48,848 nucleotides of DNA from Thermoplasmata archaeon (GCA_030037395.1 JASHRJ010000110.1:1-48848); one strand, 5' to 3'; shown: positions 28,221 through 38,025, numbered from the stretch's first letter. Notes: a model not told the origin generated them from the sequence alone. Program-made: numbers and translations.

Positions 28221-28500
28221 CGCCCTTCCCGTCCAGGAGGCCCAGCCGGACCCCCGCGTCGATCCAGCCGTGGGCGTAGCTGACGGCCGCAAGCGCCCGG
28301 TCCCGGTCCCCGATCGCGGCAAAGTGCTCGGCGTCCGCGAGGTACGCCCGCGCCATCGCCAAGAGGTCGTCCGACCCGCCCCTCAGGAACGAGCGCTCGG
28401 GGGTCCCCGGGCCGACGGCGTCGAGCGCCTCGCGGGTGAGGCGGAGGTACCGGTCCAGCAAACCGGGCGCGCTCGGGCCGGCGCTCGTCGCCCCGCTCAT
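28192..28500 (-). CDS. DUF357 domain protein
   Basis: [12 protein letters not shown]...GD...[20 protein letters not shown]. Confidence 0.9.
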   Translation of the reverse strand: MSGATSAGPSAPGLLDRYLRLTREALDAVGPGTPERSFLRGGSDDLLAMARAYLADAEHFAAIGDRDRALAAVSYAHGWIDAGVRLGLLDGKGDGARFTLFR

Positions 28501-29144
28501 CCCTTCGGGACCTTCTCCCAGTCCTTGAGGAACCGGGCGAGGCCGAGGTCGGTGAGCGGATGCTGGGCCAGCTTCTCCATGACCGCGAACGGCATCGTCG
28601 CGATGTCGGCGCCGATCTTGGCGGCCTCGAGCACGTGGATCGGGTGCCGGACGCTCGCCACCAGCACCTTGGTCGGAACGTGGTAGTTGCGATAGATCGT
28701 CACGATGTCCCGGACCAGCTCGATGCCGTCCTGACCCTGGTCGTCCAGCCGGCCGATGAACGGACTGACGTACGTCGCGCCGACCTTGGCGGCGAGCAGT
28801 GCTTGGTTGGCGCTGAACACGAGCGTCATGTTGACGCGGGTCCCCTCTCCCGACAGGAGCCGGGTCGCCCGAAGGCCGGCCGGCGTCATCGGGATCTTGA
28901 CATAGATCGACGGGTGCAGCCCGCGCAGGTGGCGTCCCTCCCGGACCATGCCGTCGACGTCGACGGCGACGACCTCCGCGGAGACCGACGGCACGCCGAG
29001 GGCGCAGACGTCGCGGAGGACCGACTCGAACGTCCGTCCCTCCTTCGCGACGAGCGTGGGGTTCGTGGTGACCCCGTCGAGGATCCCGGTCTCCCACATG
29101 GTACGGATCTCCGTCACGCTCGCGGTGTCCAGGAACAGCTGCAT
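28497..29144 (-). CDS. tal: Transaldolase (short FSA/TalC type)
   Basis: [46 protein letters not shown]. Confidence 0.95.
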   Translation of the reverse strand: MQLFLDTASVTEIRTMWETGILDGVTTNPTLVAKEGRTFESVLRDVCALGVPSVSAEVVAVDVDGMVREGRHLRGLHPSIYVKIPMTPAGLRATRLLSGEGTRVNMTLVFSANQALLAAKVGATYVSPFIGRLDDQGQDGIELVRDIVTIYRNYHVPTKVLVASVRHPIHVLEAAKIGADIATMPFAVMEKLAQHPLTDLGLARFLKDWEKVPKG

Positions 29145-29177
29145 CCGCTCGGTCCTCGGCCCGGGTAGCTCGCGCCC

Positions 29178-30125
29178 TTACTGAACCTTGCCCCGCAGCC
29201 GGAGCAGCTCCCAGGCCTCGTCCAGCGCCCGCTCGGCCCCCAGTCCGGCCCGGTCCAGCTCCGCGGCACCGGAGCCGACAAAGACGTCCGGCACGCCGAC
29301 GCGTCGCACCGGGACCGGCGCGTTCTCCGCCACCGCCGCCGCGACCGTCTCCCCGATGCCTCCGAGGAGCGCGTGCTCTTCCATCGTCAGCACCGCGCCC
29401 GTGTCCCGGGCCGCGCGCAGGACCGCCGCTTCGTCCAACGGCTTGAGCGACGCGACGTCGAGCACGCGCGCGGACACCCCGCCCCGGGCCAGCGCCCCGG
29501 CGACGTCGAGCGCTCGGGCGACCGCGCCGCCGTACGCGACGATCGCGAGGTCGGACCCCGACCGCAGCTCCTCCGCTCGCCCGAGGGCAAACCGGCCCTC
29601 GGTCACCGTCCGAGCGGCCGCCGACGGCAACCGCACGTACGCGGGGCCGTCGCGGGCCGCGACCGCGAGCAGGGCGGCGGAGGCCGACGGCCCGTCGGCG
29701 GGCGCGGCGACGGTCATCCCCGGGACCGCGCGCATGACGTCGAGGTCCTCCCCGAGGAGCGGGGGCTCTTCCCCGGACAGCCCGGTCGCCCCGCGGGGGC
29801 CGCCCACGATCTTGACGGCGGCGCGCGAACGGGCGATCCGTTGGCGCGCCGGCACGAGTCCCCCGGCGGCCAAGAGATCGGCAGAGAGCGCCACGAACAC
29901 GGTCCGGCCGCCGGAGGCCCGGGAGGCGGCCTGACCCAGGACCGCGGCGGCGTCCCCCTCGGCGCGCTCGAGCCGGCCCCCGAGGCGCGCGACGGCGCTC
30001 GGGGCGGGCGTGAGAAACGGAAGGTCCGCCTCAAGGAGCACGAGCCCAGGGTCCCCGCGCACGAGGCCGACCAACGCCTCCCGGCACGGCTCCCACGCCG
30101 GCGCGACCGGCCCACTTCCGCTCAC
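29178..30125 (-). CDS. Transketolase C-terminal subunit homolog, active-site motifs degenerate
   Basis: LEADL, EDL..MRAVPGMTV.APAD, GPAYVRL, F.LGRA..LR.GSD, SLKPLD, TMEEH..GG.G. The GIAEQ and GEDGxTH motifs are absent. Confidence 0.82.
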   Translation of the reverse strand: MSGSGPVAPAWEPCREALVGLVRGDPGLVLLEADLPFLTPAPSAVARLGGRLERAEGDAAAVLGQAASRASGGRTVFVALSADLLAAGGLVPARQRIARSRAAVKIVGGPRGATGLSGEEPPLLGEDLDVMRAVPGMTVAAPADGPSASAALLAVAARDGPAYVRLPSAAARTVTEGRFALGRAEELRSGSDLAIVAYGGAVARALDVAGALARGGVSARVLDVASLKPLDEAAVLRAARDTGAVLTMEEHALLGGIGETVAAAVAENAPVPVRRVGVPDVFVGSGAAELDRAGLGAERALDEAWELLRLRGKVQ

Positions 30126-30237
30126 CGGGGCGCCTCGGCTCGCGGCGCCCCGGGGGTCTGCCGCCGCATCGCGGCCCCGCGAGGCGGCCGCACGTAATAG
30201 CGTAGGAGCCGCGGTCCGTCGCGGCGGAGCCGCTCGC

Positions 30238-31143
30238 CTACCGTCGCACCGCCTTGCGCGCGCCGGCAACGGCGGCCCGGGCGCCGCGCGCCGGGCGCTT
30301 CCGCTCGCCGCGCAGCGTGGCCAGGTCCTCGGCGTACCGGGCGTACCCGCGGTCGTCGAGCGGCGTCTCGAGGTACCCCGGGACCGCGGCCCATCGCGGG
30401 TCTCCGGCGAGGCGCCGCAGTCCCTCGGCGCCGATCTCCCCCTTGCCGATGTTCTCGTGCCGGTCGAGGTGCGAGCCGAGAGGCGCCTTCGCGTCGTTGA
30501 GGTGGAACGCCCGGACGCCCTCGACCCCGATCGTCGCGGCGATCCGGTCGACGAGCGCGCCGTACCCCTCCGCGGTGCGAAGGTCGAACCCCGAGGCGAA
30601 GAGATGGCACGTGTCGAGCGTGACCCCGAGCCGCCGCGCCTCGGGCACGCGGCCGAGGACCTCCGCCAGCTCCTCCAGGGTGCCGCAGAGCGTCGTCCCC
30701 TGTCCGGCCGAGTTCTCGAGGAGGAGCCGGGTCGGAGAGCCGGCCGTCTCGGCGAGCGCGGCGTCGAGGCTCGCGCACAGGCTCGTCAGGCCGGCGGAGG
30801 TCCCCGCCCCGAGGTGGGCGCCCGGGTGGAAGATCAGCGCGTCGACACCGAGCAGGTCCGCGCGGGCGATCTCGTCGCGGAACGCCTCCCGGGAGCGCCG
30901 GAGCATCTCGGGCTTCGGGCTCGCCAGGTTCAGCAGGTAGCCGTGATGGACCGCCGTCGCGTGGAGGTGGTGATCCCGGACCCCGTCGCGGAAGCTGCGG
31001 GCGGCACCGGCCGAGATCGGCGGTCCGGCCCACGTCTGAGGGCTCTTCGAGAAGATCTGCAGGGACTCGGCGCCGATCCGTTCGGCCTCGGCCGCCGCCT
31101 CCGCCAGGCCGTCGGCGATCCCGAGGTGCGCACCGAGGTACAT
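30238..31143 (-). CDS. nfo: Endonuclease IV (AP endonuclease)
   Basis: LGAH, QIF.K.PQ.W, H.GYLLNLAS, FHPG, LENSAG, DTCH.FASG, HLND, DRHENIG.G, ETP. Confidence 0.95.
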   Translation of the reverse strand: MYLGAHLGIADGLAEAAAEAERIGAESLQIFSKSPQTWAGPPISAGAARSFRDGVRDHHLHATAVHHGYLLNLASPKPEMLRRSREAFRDEIARADLLGVDALIFHPGAHLGAGTSAGLTSLCASLDAALAETAGSPTRLLLENSAGQGTTLCGTLEELAEVLGRVPEARRLGVTLDTCHLFASGFDLRTAEGYGALVDRIAATIGVEGVRAFHLNDAKAPLGSHLDRHENIGKGEIGAEGLRRLAGDPRWAAVPGYLETPLDDRGYARYAEDLATLRGERKRPARGARAAVAGARKAVRR

Positions 31144-31199
31144 CGGACGAGGGAACCTGGCCCCCGAATCAGCCTAGCGACCCCGCGGCGGTCCCGGGA

Positions 31200-31322
31200 G
31201 GCTGACAGCTTTCCGCGGTTCCCGTAGGCTCGCGCACTTCAGTACCGCGCGGAACGCCAGTGGGCTTAACTGCCGGGTTCGGAATGGGACCGGGTGTTTC
31301 CCCACCGCTTTGGCCGTCAGCC
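31200..31322 (-). rRNA. rrf: 5S rRNA (unlinked from 16S/23S)
   Basis: Reverse complement GGCTGACGGCCAAAGC...ACACCCGGTCCCATTCCGAACCCGGCAGTTAAGCC...GTACTG...GCTGTCAGCC; terminal helix closes; own TATA (TTAAATA) about 25 bp upstream. Confidence 0.97.
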
Positions 31323-31472
31323 GAGCGGGCGGACCCCGGCGACCTATTTAATCCTGCGGCCCCCGCTCGAGGCCCGGGCCGCGCCGGCACCCGCCGCCGG
31401 AAACCTTCATCTCGCGCGAGCCGTCGGTCGGCGCGCCGTGCGCGCGGTCCTTCGCCGGGCGGGACCGGTCGG

Positions 31473-33890
31473 GTGAGCGACGCGTCCGCGCCCTCCATAC
31501 CGGAGTACCGCCTCCTGCTGGACGTCGACCCCGCGGCGCTCCGCTGGTCCGGCACGGTCGACTTCGACGCCCCGCCCGGTCCGATCCCGCTGGACTGCGA
31601 GGGGCTGGCGGTGGCGCGGGTCCGGGTCGGGGACCGCCCGGTGCCGTTCCACCTCGACCCCGGGTCCGCCCGGCTGCTGTTCGACGTCCCAGGGCCCGGC
31701 TCGACCCCGGTGTCGATCGACTTCTCCGGGCAGGTCGAGACGAAGAACCTCTTCGGGTTCTATCGGTCGCGGCAGGGCGCAGCGTACCTGCTGACCACGC
31801 ACTGCGAGCCGACCGGGGCCCGGCGCATCTTCCCGTGCGTCGATCGTCCGGACCGGAAGGCCCGGATCGTTCTTCGGGTCCGGGCCCCGCGCGACCTCGA
31901 GGTGATCGCCAACGCCCCGCTCGACCGCTCCGAGGAGCGCGGCGGACGCCGGGAGTGGAGGTTCCAGCCCACCCCCGAGATGTCGACGTACCTGTTCTAC
32001 CTGGGGATCGGGCGGTTCGACCTGCGCGAGGACCGCGCCACCCGCGTGGTCGTTCGGGTGGCGACCCCGCCCGGCCGCGGGGGGTCCGCCGACTGGGCCC
32101 TTGCCTCGGCCGGTCGGATCCTCGCGGCCTACGAGACGTACTACGGGCTCGCCTACCCCTTACCGAAGCTCGACCTCATCGCGGTCGAGGAGCACGCCTT
32201 CGGCGCGATGGAGAACTGGGGAGCGATCAGCTTCCAGGAGACCCGGCTCCTGATCGACGAAGCGAGCGGCTCGTTCGCCCGGCGCGACGTCTTCGAGACG
32301 ATCTCGCACGAGGTCGCCCACCAGTGGTTCGGCAACCTGGTCACGATGAGCTGGTGGGAGGACATCTGGCTCAACGAGAGCTTCGCGTCGCTCATGGAGA
32401 CGAAGATCACCGACCGGCTCGAGCCGGGGCTGGAGCCGTGGTCCGACTTCTTCCTGCGGGTCGCCGGCAAGGCGGCGGCCGTCGACGGCGACTCCCTGCG
32501 CGTGACCCACCCGGTCCGCGCGCACGTCGAGCGACCGGACGAGATGAGCCAGATCTTCGACGAGATCAGCTACGGCAAGGGCTCGAGCATCCTCGCGATG
32601 CTCGACCGGTACCTGGGAGAGGAGCGGTTCCGGGCCGGCGTCACCGACTACCTGCAGCGATTCCGCTACCGCAACGCGCGGACCGACGACCTGCTCGAAG
32701 CGCTGGGCCGAGCGAGCGGAACGCGGGTGGCCGCGCTCGCGCGCCCCTGGATCGACCGACCCGGGCTCCCGCTGCTCACCGCCGACTCCGACCGCCGTGC
32801 CGTGCGGCTGCGCCAGCGGCGGTTCTCCTACCTCGGCGTGCTCGACGAGCCGCCGTGGCCCATCCCGCTCGTCGTCGAGCGGCCCAACGGCACCGAGGCC
32901 ATCCTGTTCGACCGACCCGAGCTCGAGCTCCCGGACCCGGACGGCTCGTTCGTGCTCCTCAACCCGGGGTCGATCGGCTTCTACCGCGTCCGGTACGACG
33001 CGGCCCTGCTCGACCGCCTGCTGACGGCGCTGCCGTCCCGCCCCGCCCGCGACGCCTGGGCGGTCGTGGACGACCTCGCGGCGTTCGTTCGGTCCGGCGA
33101 CGCCGACTGGCCGACGTACGCCCGCGCGATCCAGGCGCTGGGGTCGATCGGCGACCGGCTCGTCGTCGAGGCGATCACCACGACGCTCGTCGGGTTCGCG
33201 CTGGGGCACCCCACGGTCGACGCCGTCCGGCGGACGGCCCGCGACTATCTCGCGCTCCAGACCGAGCGGATCGGCCTCGACCGCGGCGCGGGCGAGCCGC
33301 CGGCGACCGGCGTCGCGCGGGACCGGCTCGCGTCGGGCCGGGTCCGCGTCGACCTCGACTTCGCCGCCGAGCTCGGGGCGCGGTTCTCCCGCTGGGCGTC
33401 GGTCGATCCGGATCTCCGGGCCGCGGTGGCGGTCGCCCGCGCGCGCACCGGGGGCGCCGAAGGCTTCGCCGAGCTGCAGCACGCGCTCGCGTCGGCGCCC
33501 ACGGATGCCGAGGCGCTGCGGTTCGTCCGAGCGCTCCCATGGAGTCCGGAGCCCGAGAGGGTCCGCGAGGTCCTCGAGCTCGGCTCCGCCGGCAAGCTCA
33601 ACCGCAGCCACGTGCGCACCGTCGCCTTCCAGGCGGCCGCGAACCCGCACGCCCGCGACGTCACCTGGGCCTGGCTCCGGGACAACGTCGACGCCCTCGC
33701 CGCCCTCTTCCGCGGCTCGGGGTACCTGCCGCTGGTGCTGGAGGAGACGCTGCCGCTCGTCGGCCGGGGCCGGGCCTCGGAGGTCCGCCGGTTCTTCGAC
33801 GGCCACCCGGTGCCGGACGGCACCCGGGGCCTCGCGAAAGGGCTCGAGCGGCTGGAGATCGGCGAGCGGCTCGCCCGACGGCTCGGGTAG
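31473..33890 (+). CDS. M1 family aminopeptidase (tricorn-interacting factor F2/F3-like)
   Basis: ARRIFPCVD.PD.KA, TPEMSTYL, GAMENWG, HEVAHQWFGNLVT...WLNESFA, ISYGKG. Confidence 0.95.
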   Translation: MSDASAPSIPEYRLLLDVDPAALRWSGTVDFDAPPGPIPLDCEGLAVARVRVGDRPVPFHLDPGSARLLFDVPGPGSTPVSIDFSGQVETKNLFGFYRSRQGAAYLLTTHCEPTGARRIFPCVDRPDRKARIVLRVRAPRDLEVIANAPLDRSEERGGRREWRFQPTPEMSTYLFYLGIGRFDLREDRATRVVVRVATPPGRGGSADWALASAGRILAAYETYYGLAYPLPKLDLIAVEEHAFGAMENWGAISFQETRLLIDEASGSFARRDVFETISHEVAHQWFGNLVTMSWWEDIWLNESFASLMETKITDRLEPGLEPWSDFFLRVAGKAAAVDGDSLRVTHPVRAHVERPDEMSQIFDEISYGKGSSILAMLDRYLGEERFRAGVTDYLQRFRYRNARTDDLLEALGRASGTRVAALARPWIDRPGLPLLTADSDRRAVRLRQRRFSYLGVLDEPPWPIPLVVERPNGTEAILFDRPELELPDPDGSFVLLNPGSIGFYRVRYDAALLDRLLTALPSRPARDAWAVVDDLAAFVRSGDADWPTYARAIQALGSIGDRLVVEAITTTLVGFALGHPTVDAVRRTARDYLALQTERIGLDRGAGEPPATGVARDRLASGRVRVDLDFAAELGARFSRWASVDPDLRAAVAVARARTGGAEGFAELQHALASAPTDAEALRFVRALPWSPEPERVREVLELGSAGKLNRSHVRTVAFQAAANPHARDVTWAWLRDNVDALAALFRGSGYLPLVLEETLPLVGRGRASEVRRFFDGHPVPDGTRGLAKGLERLEIGERLARRLG

Positions 33891-33897
33891 CGGCGGC

Positions 33898-34401
33898 CTA
33901 CCGTGCCCGGCCGCGTCCGCGGGCCGGAGGCGCTCGCTCCGAGGAGGCCCAGATGTACCATGTCCCCCGCGCCTGGCTCAGCTGCTGGCCGTCGGCCCCG
34001 ATCAGGTCCCCCTCGGCGAAGGCGACGTGCCGGCCGCGCCGGAGCACTCGGCCGCGCGCGCTCAGCGTGTCCCCCTCCCGGGCGGCCCGGAGGAACTCGA
34101 CGTACAGGCTCGTCGTCGCCGTCGTCTCGTCCTCCGTCAGCAGGGAGACCACCGACGCCCCCATCGCCGTGTCGAGGATCGTCGCATAGACGCCGCCGTG
34201 GACGACCCCGTTGATGTTCAGGTGCCGATGCTCGACGCGCCCGGAGACGGTGCAGAACCCCCGGCCGCTCTTCTCGGCGACGACCCGGAATCCGACCTCC
34301 TGGTGGAAGCCGCCGCGTCGGGCCGCCCGGTACAGGTCGGGCAGCGGTCGGACGGGGCGGGGCTCGGGAAGGGCACGGCGGCGTGGCACAGCCACGGGCA
34401 T
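33898..34401 (-). CDS. PaaI family hot-dog thioesterase
   Basis: HLNINGVVHGGVYATILDTAMG, TTSLYVEFLRAA; start approximate. Confidence 0.9.
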   Translation of the reverse strand: MPVAVPRRRALPEPRPVRPLPDLYRAARRGGFHQEVGFRVVAEKSGRGFCTVSGRVEHRHLNINGVVHGGVYATILDTAMGASVVSLLTEDETTATTSLYVEFLRAAREGDTLSARGRVLRRGRHVAFAEGDLIGADGQQLSQARGTWYIWASSERAPPARGRGRAR

Positions 34402-34442
34402 CGGCCGCGGCGGATAAGTACTGGGGAGCGACGTCCGCGCGC

Positions 34443-35558
34443 GTGCCGCGGCCGCACCGTCCCGGCGGCTCGGCGACGTTCGAGGCACCGCCGAACATCG
34501 CCCTGGTGAAGTACTGGGGGGTCCGCGACGCCGAACGGGTCCTCCCCTACAACTCGTCGCTCTCGGTGACCCTGGGCCGGTTCCGCTCGCGGACCCGGGT
34601 ACGGTTCGATCCGACGCTCGACGAGGACCGCGTCGTGCTGAACGGTGCCCCGGCGACCGGGGGCCCGAGGGCGGCGGTCGTCCGCATGCTCGACCGGGTC
34701 CGGGCGGCCGCGGGTTATGCGCTGCGCGCCGAGGTGACCTCGGAGAACAACTTCCCCACCGCGAGCGGCCTCGCCTCCAGCGCGAGCGGGTTCGCGGCGC
34801 TGGCCGGGGCCGCGAGCGCCGCGGCCGGCCTGCGCCTCTCGCCGCGGGAGCTCTCCCGGCTCGCCCGGCACGGCTCGGGGAGCGCCGCGCGGTCGATCTA
34901 CGGCGGGTTCGTGCTCTGGCGGGCGGGCCGACGCCCGGACGGCCGCGACTCGTACGCCCGCCCCCTGTTCGGTGAGGACCACTGGCCGGCGCTGGCCGAC
35001 CTCGTGGTCCTGGTCGCGAACGCCCCGGTCAAGACGGTCCGCTCGGCGGAGGCGATGCAGGCTACGGTCCGCACGAGCCCCGAGTACCCGCAGCGGCTCG
35101 CCCGCCTTCCGGAGCGGATCCGTCGCATCGTCCGCGCGCTCGCCGACCGCGACGCGGCCCGACTGTTCCCCCTGATCATGGAGGAGTGCGACGACTTCCG
35201 GCGGGTCTGCGAGACCACCCGCCCGCCCCTCGACTATCTCACGGCGACGTCGCGCGCTGTCCTCGCGGAGGTCCGATCGCTCAACCGGGCGGCGGGCCGG
35301 CCGGTGGCCGCGTACACCCACGACGCCGGCGCCCACGTGCACGTCTTCGTCCTCGCCCGCGACCTCCCCGCTGTCCGGCGACGCCTCCGCGCGCTGCCCG
35401 GGGTCACGGCCCTGCGGGTCGTGCGACCGGGACCGGGGGCCCGGCGGCTCGACGCGGGCGCGCCGACGGGGCGCCGCCGGCGGCCGGAGCGCCCGCGGGC
35501 TACAGGACGTGCCGGTCGAAGTCGTCCGGCGGCAGCTCGAGGCCGACCGCCGAGGTGA
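34443..35558 (+). CDS. mvaD: (Di)phosphomevalonate decarboxylase
   Basis: PNIALVKYWG, P.NSSLSVTL, SENNFPTASGLASSASG, ARHGSGSAARS..GGF, AYTHDAG. Confidence 0.9.
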   Translation: MPRPHRPGGSATFEAPPNIALVKYWGVRDAERVLPYNSSLSVTLGRFRSRTRVRFDPTLDEDRVVLNGAPATGGPRAAVVRMLDRVRAAAGYALRAEVTSENNFPTASGLASSASGFAALAGAASAAAGLRLSPRELSRLARHGSGSAARSIYGGFVLWRAGRRPDGRDSYARPLFGEDHWPALADLVVLVANAPVKTVRSAEAMQATVRTSPEYPQRLARLPERIRRIVRALADRDAARLFPLIMEECDDFRRVCETTRPPLDYLTATSRAVLAEVRSLNRAAGRPVAAYTHDAGAHVHVFVLARDLPAVRRRLRALPGVTALRVVRPGPGARRLDAGAPTGRRRRPERPRATGRAGRSRPAAARGRPPR

Positions 35559-36324
35559 GCGCGCGGACCTCGTCCTTGAACTTCCCCCGCGCCTCGTCGT
35601 TCGTCCAACGCTTCAGACCGAACTCGATCGCCCGCCGGCTCGTCTCCGAGTTCGAGTGGCCGAACATGTCCAGGGCGCGCGGGTACCACTTGCGCACCGA
35701 GGCTTGGGCCTCCTCCGCCGAGCCGTAGTACGACGCGCCGTCCTGCACCATCCGCCGGAGGACGCTCGCCCCGAAGTTGAGGTGCAGCTGCTCCTCGCTG
35801 AGCATCAGCGGCATCGCCCGGGCCAGCGGCCCGTACGAGCACTCCTGGAACGCCCGCAGCTGGTAGACCCCCACGCGGTCGACCAGGCAGGTGAACGCGC
35901 CGACGTCCGACCATCGGTCGAACTTCATGTTGAACGCGTCGAGCTTGTGCTCGCCCTCGCGCTTGGCCAGGAGGTCGTCGATCATGCGCTGACCCTCCTC
36001 CCCGAAGTCGCGCAGGATCCGGCACGCCTGGAGCCCGTGGCGCGCCTCGTCGGCGACGATCCGTGCCTCGATCCAGCGGTCCTCCAGCGTCGGGGCTCGG
36101 TCCAGCCAAGGTCGGTGCTGCTGGATGGAGGCGAACTCCGTGTCCGCCTGCACGACCATGAGCTTGACCAGGAGCTTGCGCATCTCGGCGGGCACCTCGT
36201 CCGGTGTCTCGTACTTGCGCACGCCGGCCGAGGTCCCCCACAGGATCTCGCGGACCGGTTCGATCGTCTTGCCGTCCTTGAGCGTCGGAGCGACCGGGGC
36301 GCCGGACGGCGGTGAGGAGCTCAC
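35500..36324 (-). CDS. Ferritin-like di-iron aryl-CoA epoxidase catalytic subunit (PaaA/BoxB family)
   Basis: QADTE, APTLED, DEARHG, LDAFN, VDR, SYGPLAR, EEQLH..FG, KWYPRALDMFG. Confidence 0.85.
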   Translation of the reverse strand: MSSSPPSGAPVAPTLKDGKTIEPVREILWGTSAGVRKYETPDEVPAEMRKLLVKLMVVQADTEFASIQQHRPWLDRAPTLEDRWIEARIVADEARHGLQACRILRDFGEEGQRMIDDLLAKREGEHKLDAFNMKFDRWSDVGAFTCLVDRVGVYQLRAFQECSYGPLARAMPLMLSEEQLHLNFGASVLRRMVQDGASYYGSAEEAQASVRKWYPRALDMFGHSNSETSRRAIEFGLKRWTNDEARGKFKDEVRALTSAVGLELPPDDFDRHVL

Positions 36325-36349
36325 GGGGCCTCCCGGGGAACGAAAGGCC

Positions 36350-37132
36350 TCACCGGCCCTTAAAGACGGGCTTCCGCTTCTCGGCGAACGCGGCCAGCCC
36401 CTCCTTCGCGTCCTCCGTGACGAACAGCCGGTTCTGCAGTTCGCGCTCGAGCGCGAGCCCGGCCGGCAGCGGCATCTCGATCCCTTCGACGACCGACCGC
36501 TTGATGAGGCTGATCGCGCGCGCCGGTCCGTGCGCGAGCGCGCTGGCGTACGCCTGGACGTCCCGGGCGAACGACTCCTTCGGGTAGACGTGGTTGACGA
36601 GGCCGATCGCGAGCGCCTCGTCCGGGGTCAGGAGCTTGCCGGTGATCATCATGTCCAGCGCGCGGGCGGCGCCGACGAGGCGGGGCAGGCGCTGCGTACC
36701 CCCGGTCCCCGGCAGCACGCCGAGCGTCACCTCGGGGAGGCCGATCTTCCCCGAGTCCTTTGCCATCGCCCGCAGGTCGCAGGCGAGCGCGATCTCGAGC
36801 CCGCCGCCGACGCAGTGGCCGTTGATCGCGGCGAGGATCACCTTCGGCGTGGTCGCGAAGCGGTTGAGCGTCTCCTGGCAGTGCAGGCAGAACATCGCCT
36901 TGAAATCCGGCGCGCTCTGGCGGAGCATGTCGATGTCCGCCCCCGCGCTGAAGAACCCGGGGAGCGTGCTCGTCAGCACGACGACGCGCGCGGCGTCGTC
37001 GAAGCGGAACTCCTCCACCGCCTCGTCCAGCTCGCGCATCATCTCGAGATCGTAGGTGTTCGCCTTCGGCTTCCCGATCTCGATGTAGCCGACGTGATCG
37101 TCCGTCCGCGTCCGAATGACCTTGCCGTTCAT
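36350..37132 (-). CDS. Enoyl-CoA hydratase/isomerase (crotonase family)
   Basis: [55 protein letters not shown]. Confidence 0.95.
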   Translation of the reverse strand: MNGKVIRTRTDDHVGYIEIGKPKANTYDLEMMRELDEAVEEFRFDDAARVVVLTSTLPGFFSAGADIDMLRQSAPDFKAMFCLHCQETLNRFATTPKVILAAINGHCVGGGLEIALACDLRAMAKDSGKIGLPEVTLGVLPGTGGTQRLPRLVGAARALDMMITGKLLTPDEALAIGLVNHVYPKESFARDVQAYASALAHGPARAISLIKRSVVEGIEMPLPAGLALERELQNRLFVTEDAKEGLAAFAEKRKPVFKGR

Positions 37133-37213
37133 CGCCGAACTCCCCGGGCTCACGCCACGGTGGGCGGAGCGGACCGGCGCGGGCGGATAACGCCGACGCT
37201 TGCGCGCCGCCGG

Positions 37214-37942
37214 TCAGCCCGGGTCCGCTCGTCCGGACCGGGGGGAGCCCCCGGCCCCGAGCTCCCGCACCGCCCCGTCCGGCGCGCCGACCACGACCCG
37301 GTCGGCGAGGCCGACGAACACCCCGGTTTCGACGACGCCGACGTGGTCCCGGAGCGCCCGGTCGAGCTCCGCCGGGCGGGCTACGGGTGCCGACGGTCGC
37401 AGGTCGAGGATCTCGTTGCCGTTCTCCGTCCGGTACGCGGCGCCGGCCACTCCCGTCCGGAGCGCGGGGCGGAGGCCGGCCTCGCCGAGCTCCCGCTCCA
37501 GGACCGGGCGGGCGAACGGCACGACCTCGACCGGGATCGGGGCCCGCGTCCCGAGCCGCGGCACGAGCTTAGAGCCGTCCACGACGATGACCCGCCGCGC
37601 CGAGAGGCGGGCGAGCAACTTCTCCCTCAGCAGAGCCCCTCCGCCGCCCTTCGTCAGGTCCAGGTTCGGCGCGACCTCGTCGGCCCCATCCAACAGGAGG
37701 TCGAACCGGTCCTCGCCCCGCAGGGGCCGGACGCCGAGGCCGAGCTCCCGAGCGAGGCGCTCGGTCGCCCCCGAGCTTGCCACGCAGTCGAACGCCGCGT
37801 CCGGGTACCGTTCGCGGATCGCGCGGACGGCGAGCTCGGCGGTCGAGCCGGTCCCGAGGGCGAGCCGCAGGCCCGGCGTGACGTAGGTGCGGACCGCCTG
37901 ACGGGCGGCGGCCGCCTTGGCGGCCCCGGTGGCGTCGGTCAC
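37214..37942 (-). CDS. rpiA: Ribose-5-phosphate isomerase A
   Basis: LGTGSTA, DGADEV, KGGGGALLREK, PVEV.PF, TENGN, GVVETG.F. Confidence 0.96.
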   Translation of the reverse strand: MTDATGAAKAAAARQAVRTYVTPGLRLALGTGSTAELAVRAIRERYPDAAFDCVASSGATERLARELGLGVRPLRGEDRFDLLLDGADEVAPNLDLTKGGGGALLREKLLARLSARRVIVVDGSKLVPRLGTRAPIPVEVVPFARPVLERELGEAGLRPALRTGVAGAAYRTENGNEILDLRPSAPVARPAELDRALRDHVGVVETGVFVGLADRVVVGAPDGAVRELGAGGSPRSGRADPG

Positions 37943-38025
37943 GACGGGCCGAGCGCCCGCCCCTAAAGAAGCGCACGGCCGGGACGGCGACACGGCTATC
38001 TCGCCCTCCCGCTCCCCGCGGTCCG

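Noticed and set aside
34416-34519. 11-bp direct repeat AAGTACTGGGG giving KYWG twice in frame at the mvaD 5' end
   Set aside because: The first copy overlaps the likely TATA region upstream of the probable start. It is a single short repeat and most likely chance.
35500-35558. 59-bp convergent overlap of mvaD and the PaaA-like gene
   Set aside because: The mvaD tail is low-complexity run-on typical of stop-poor high-GC genomes.
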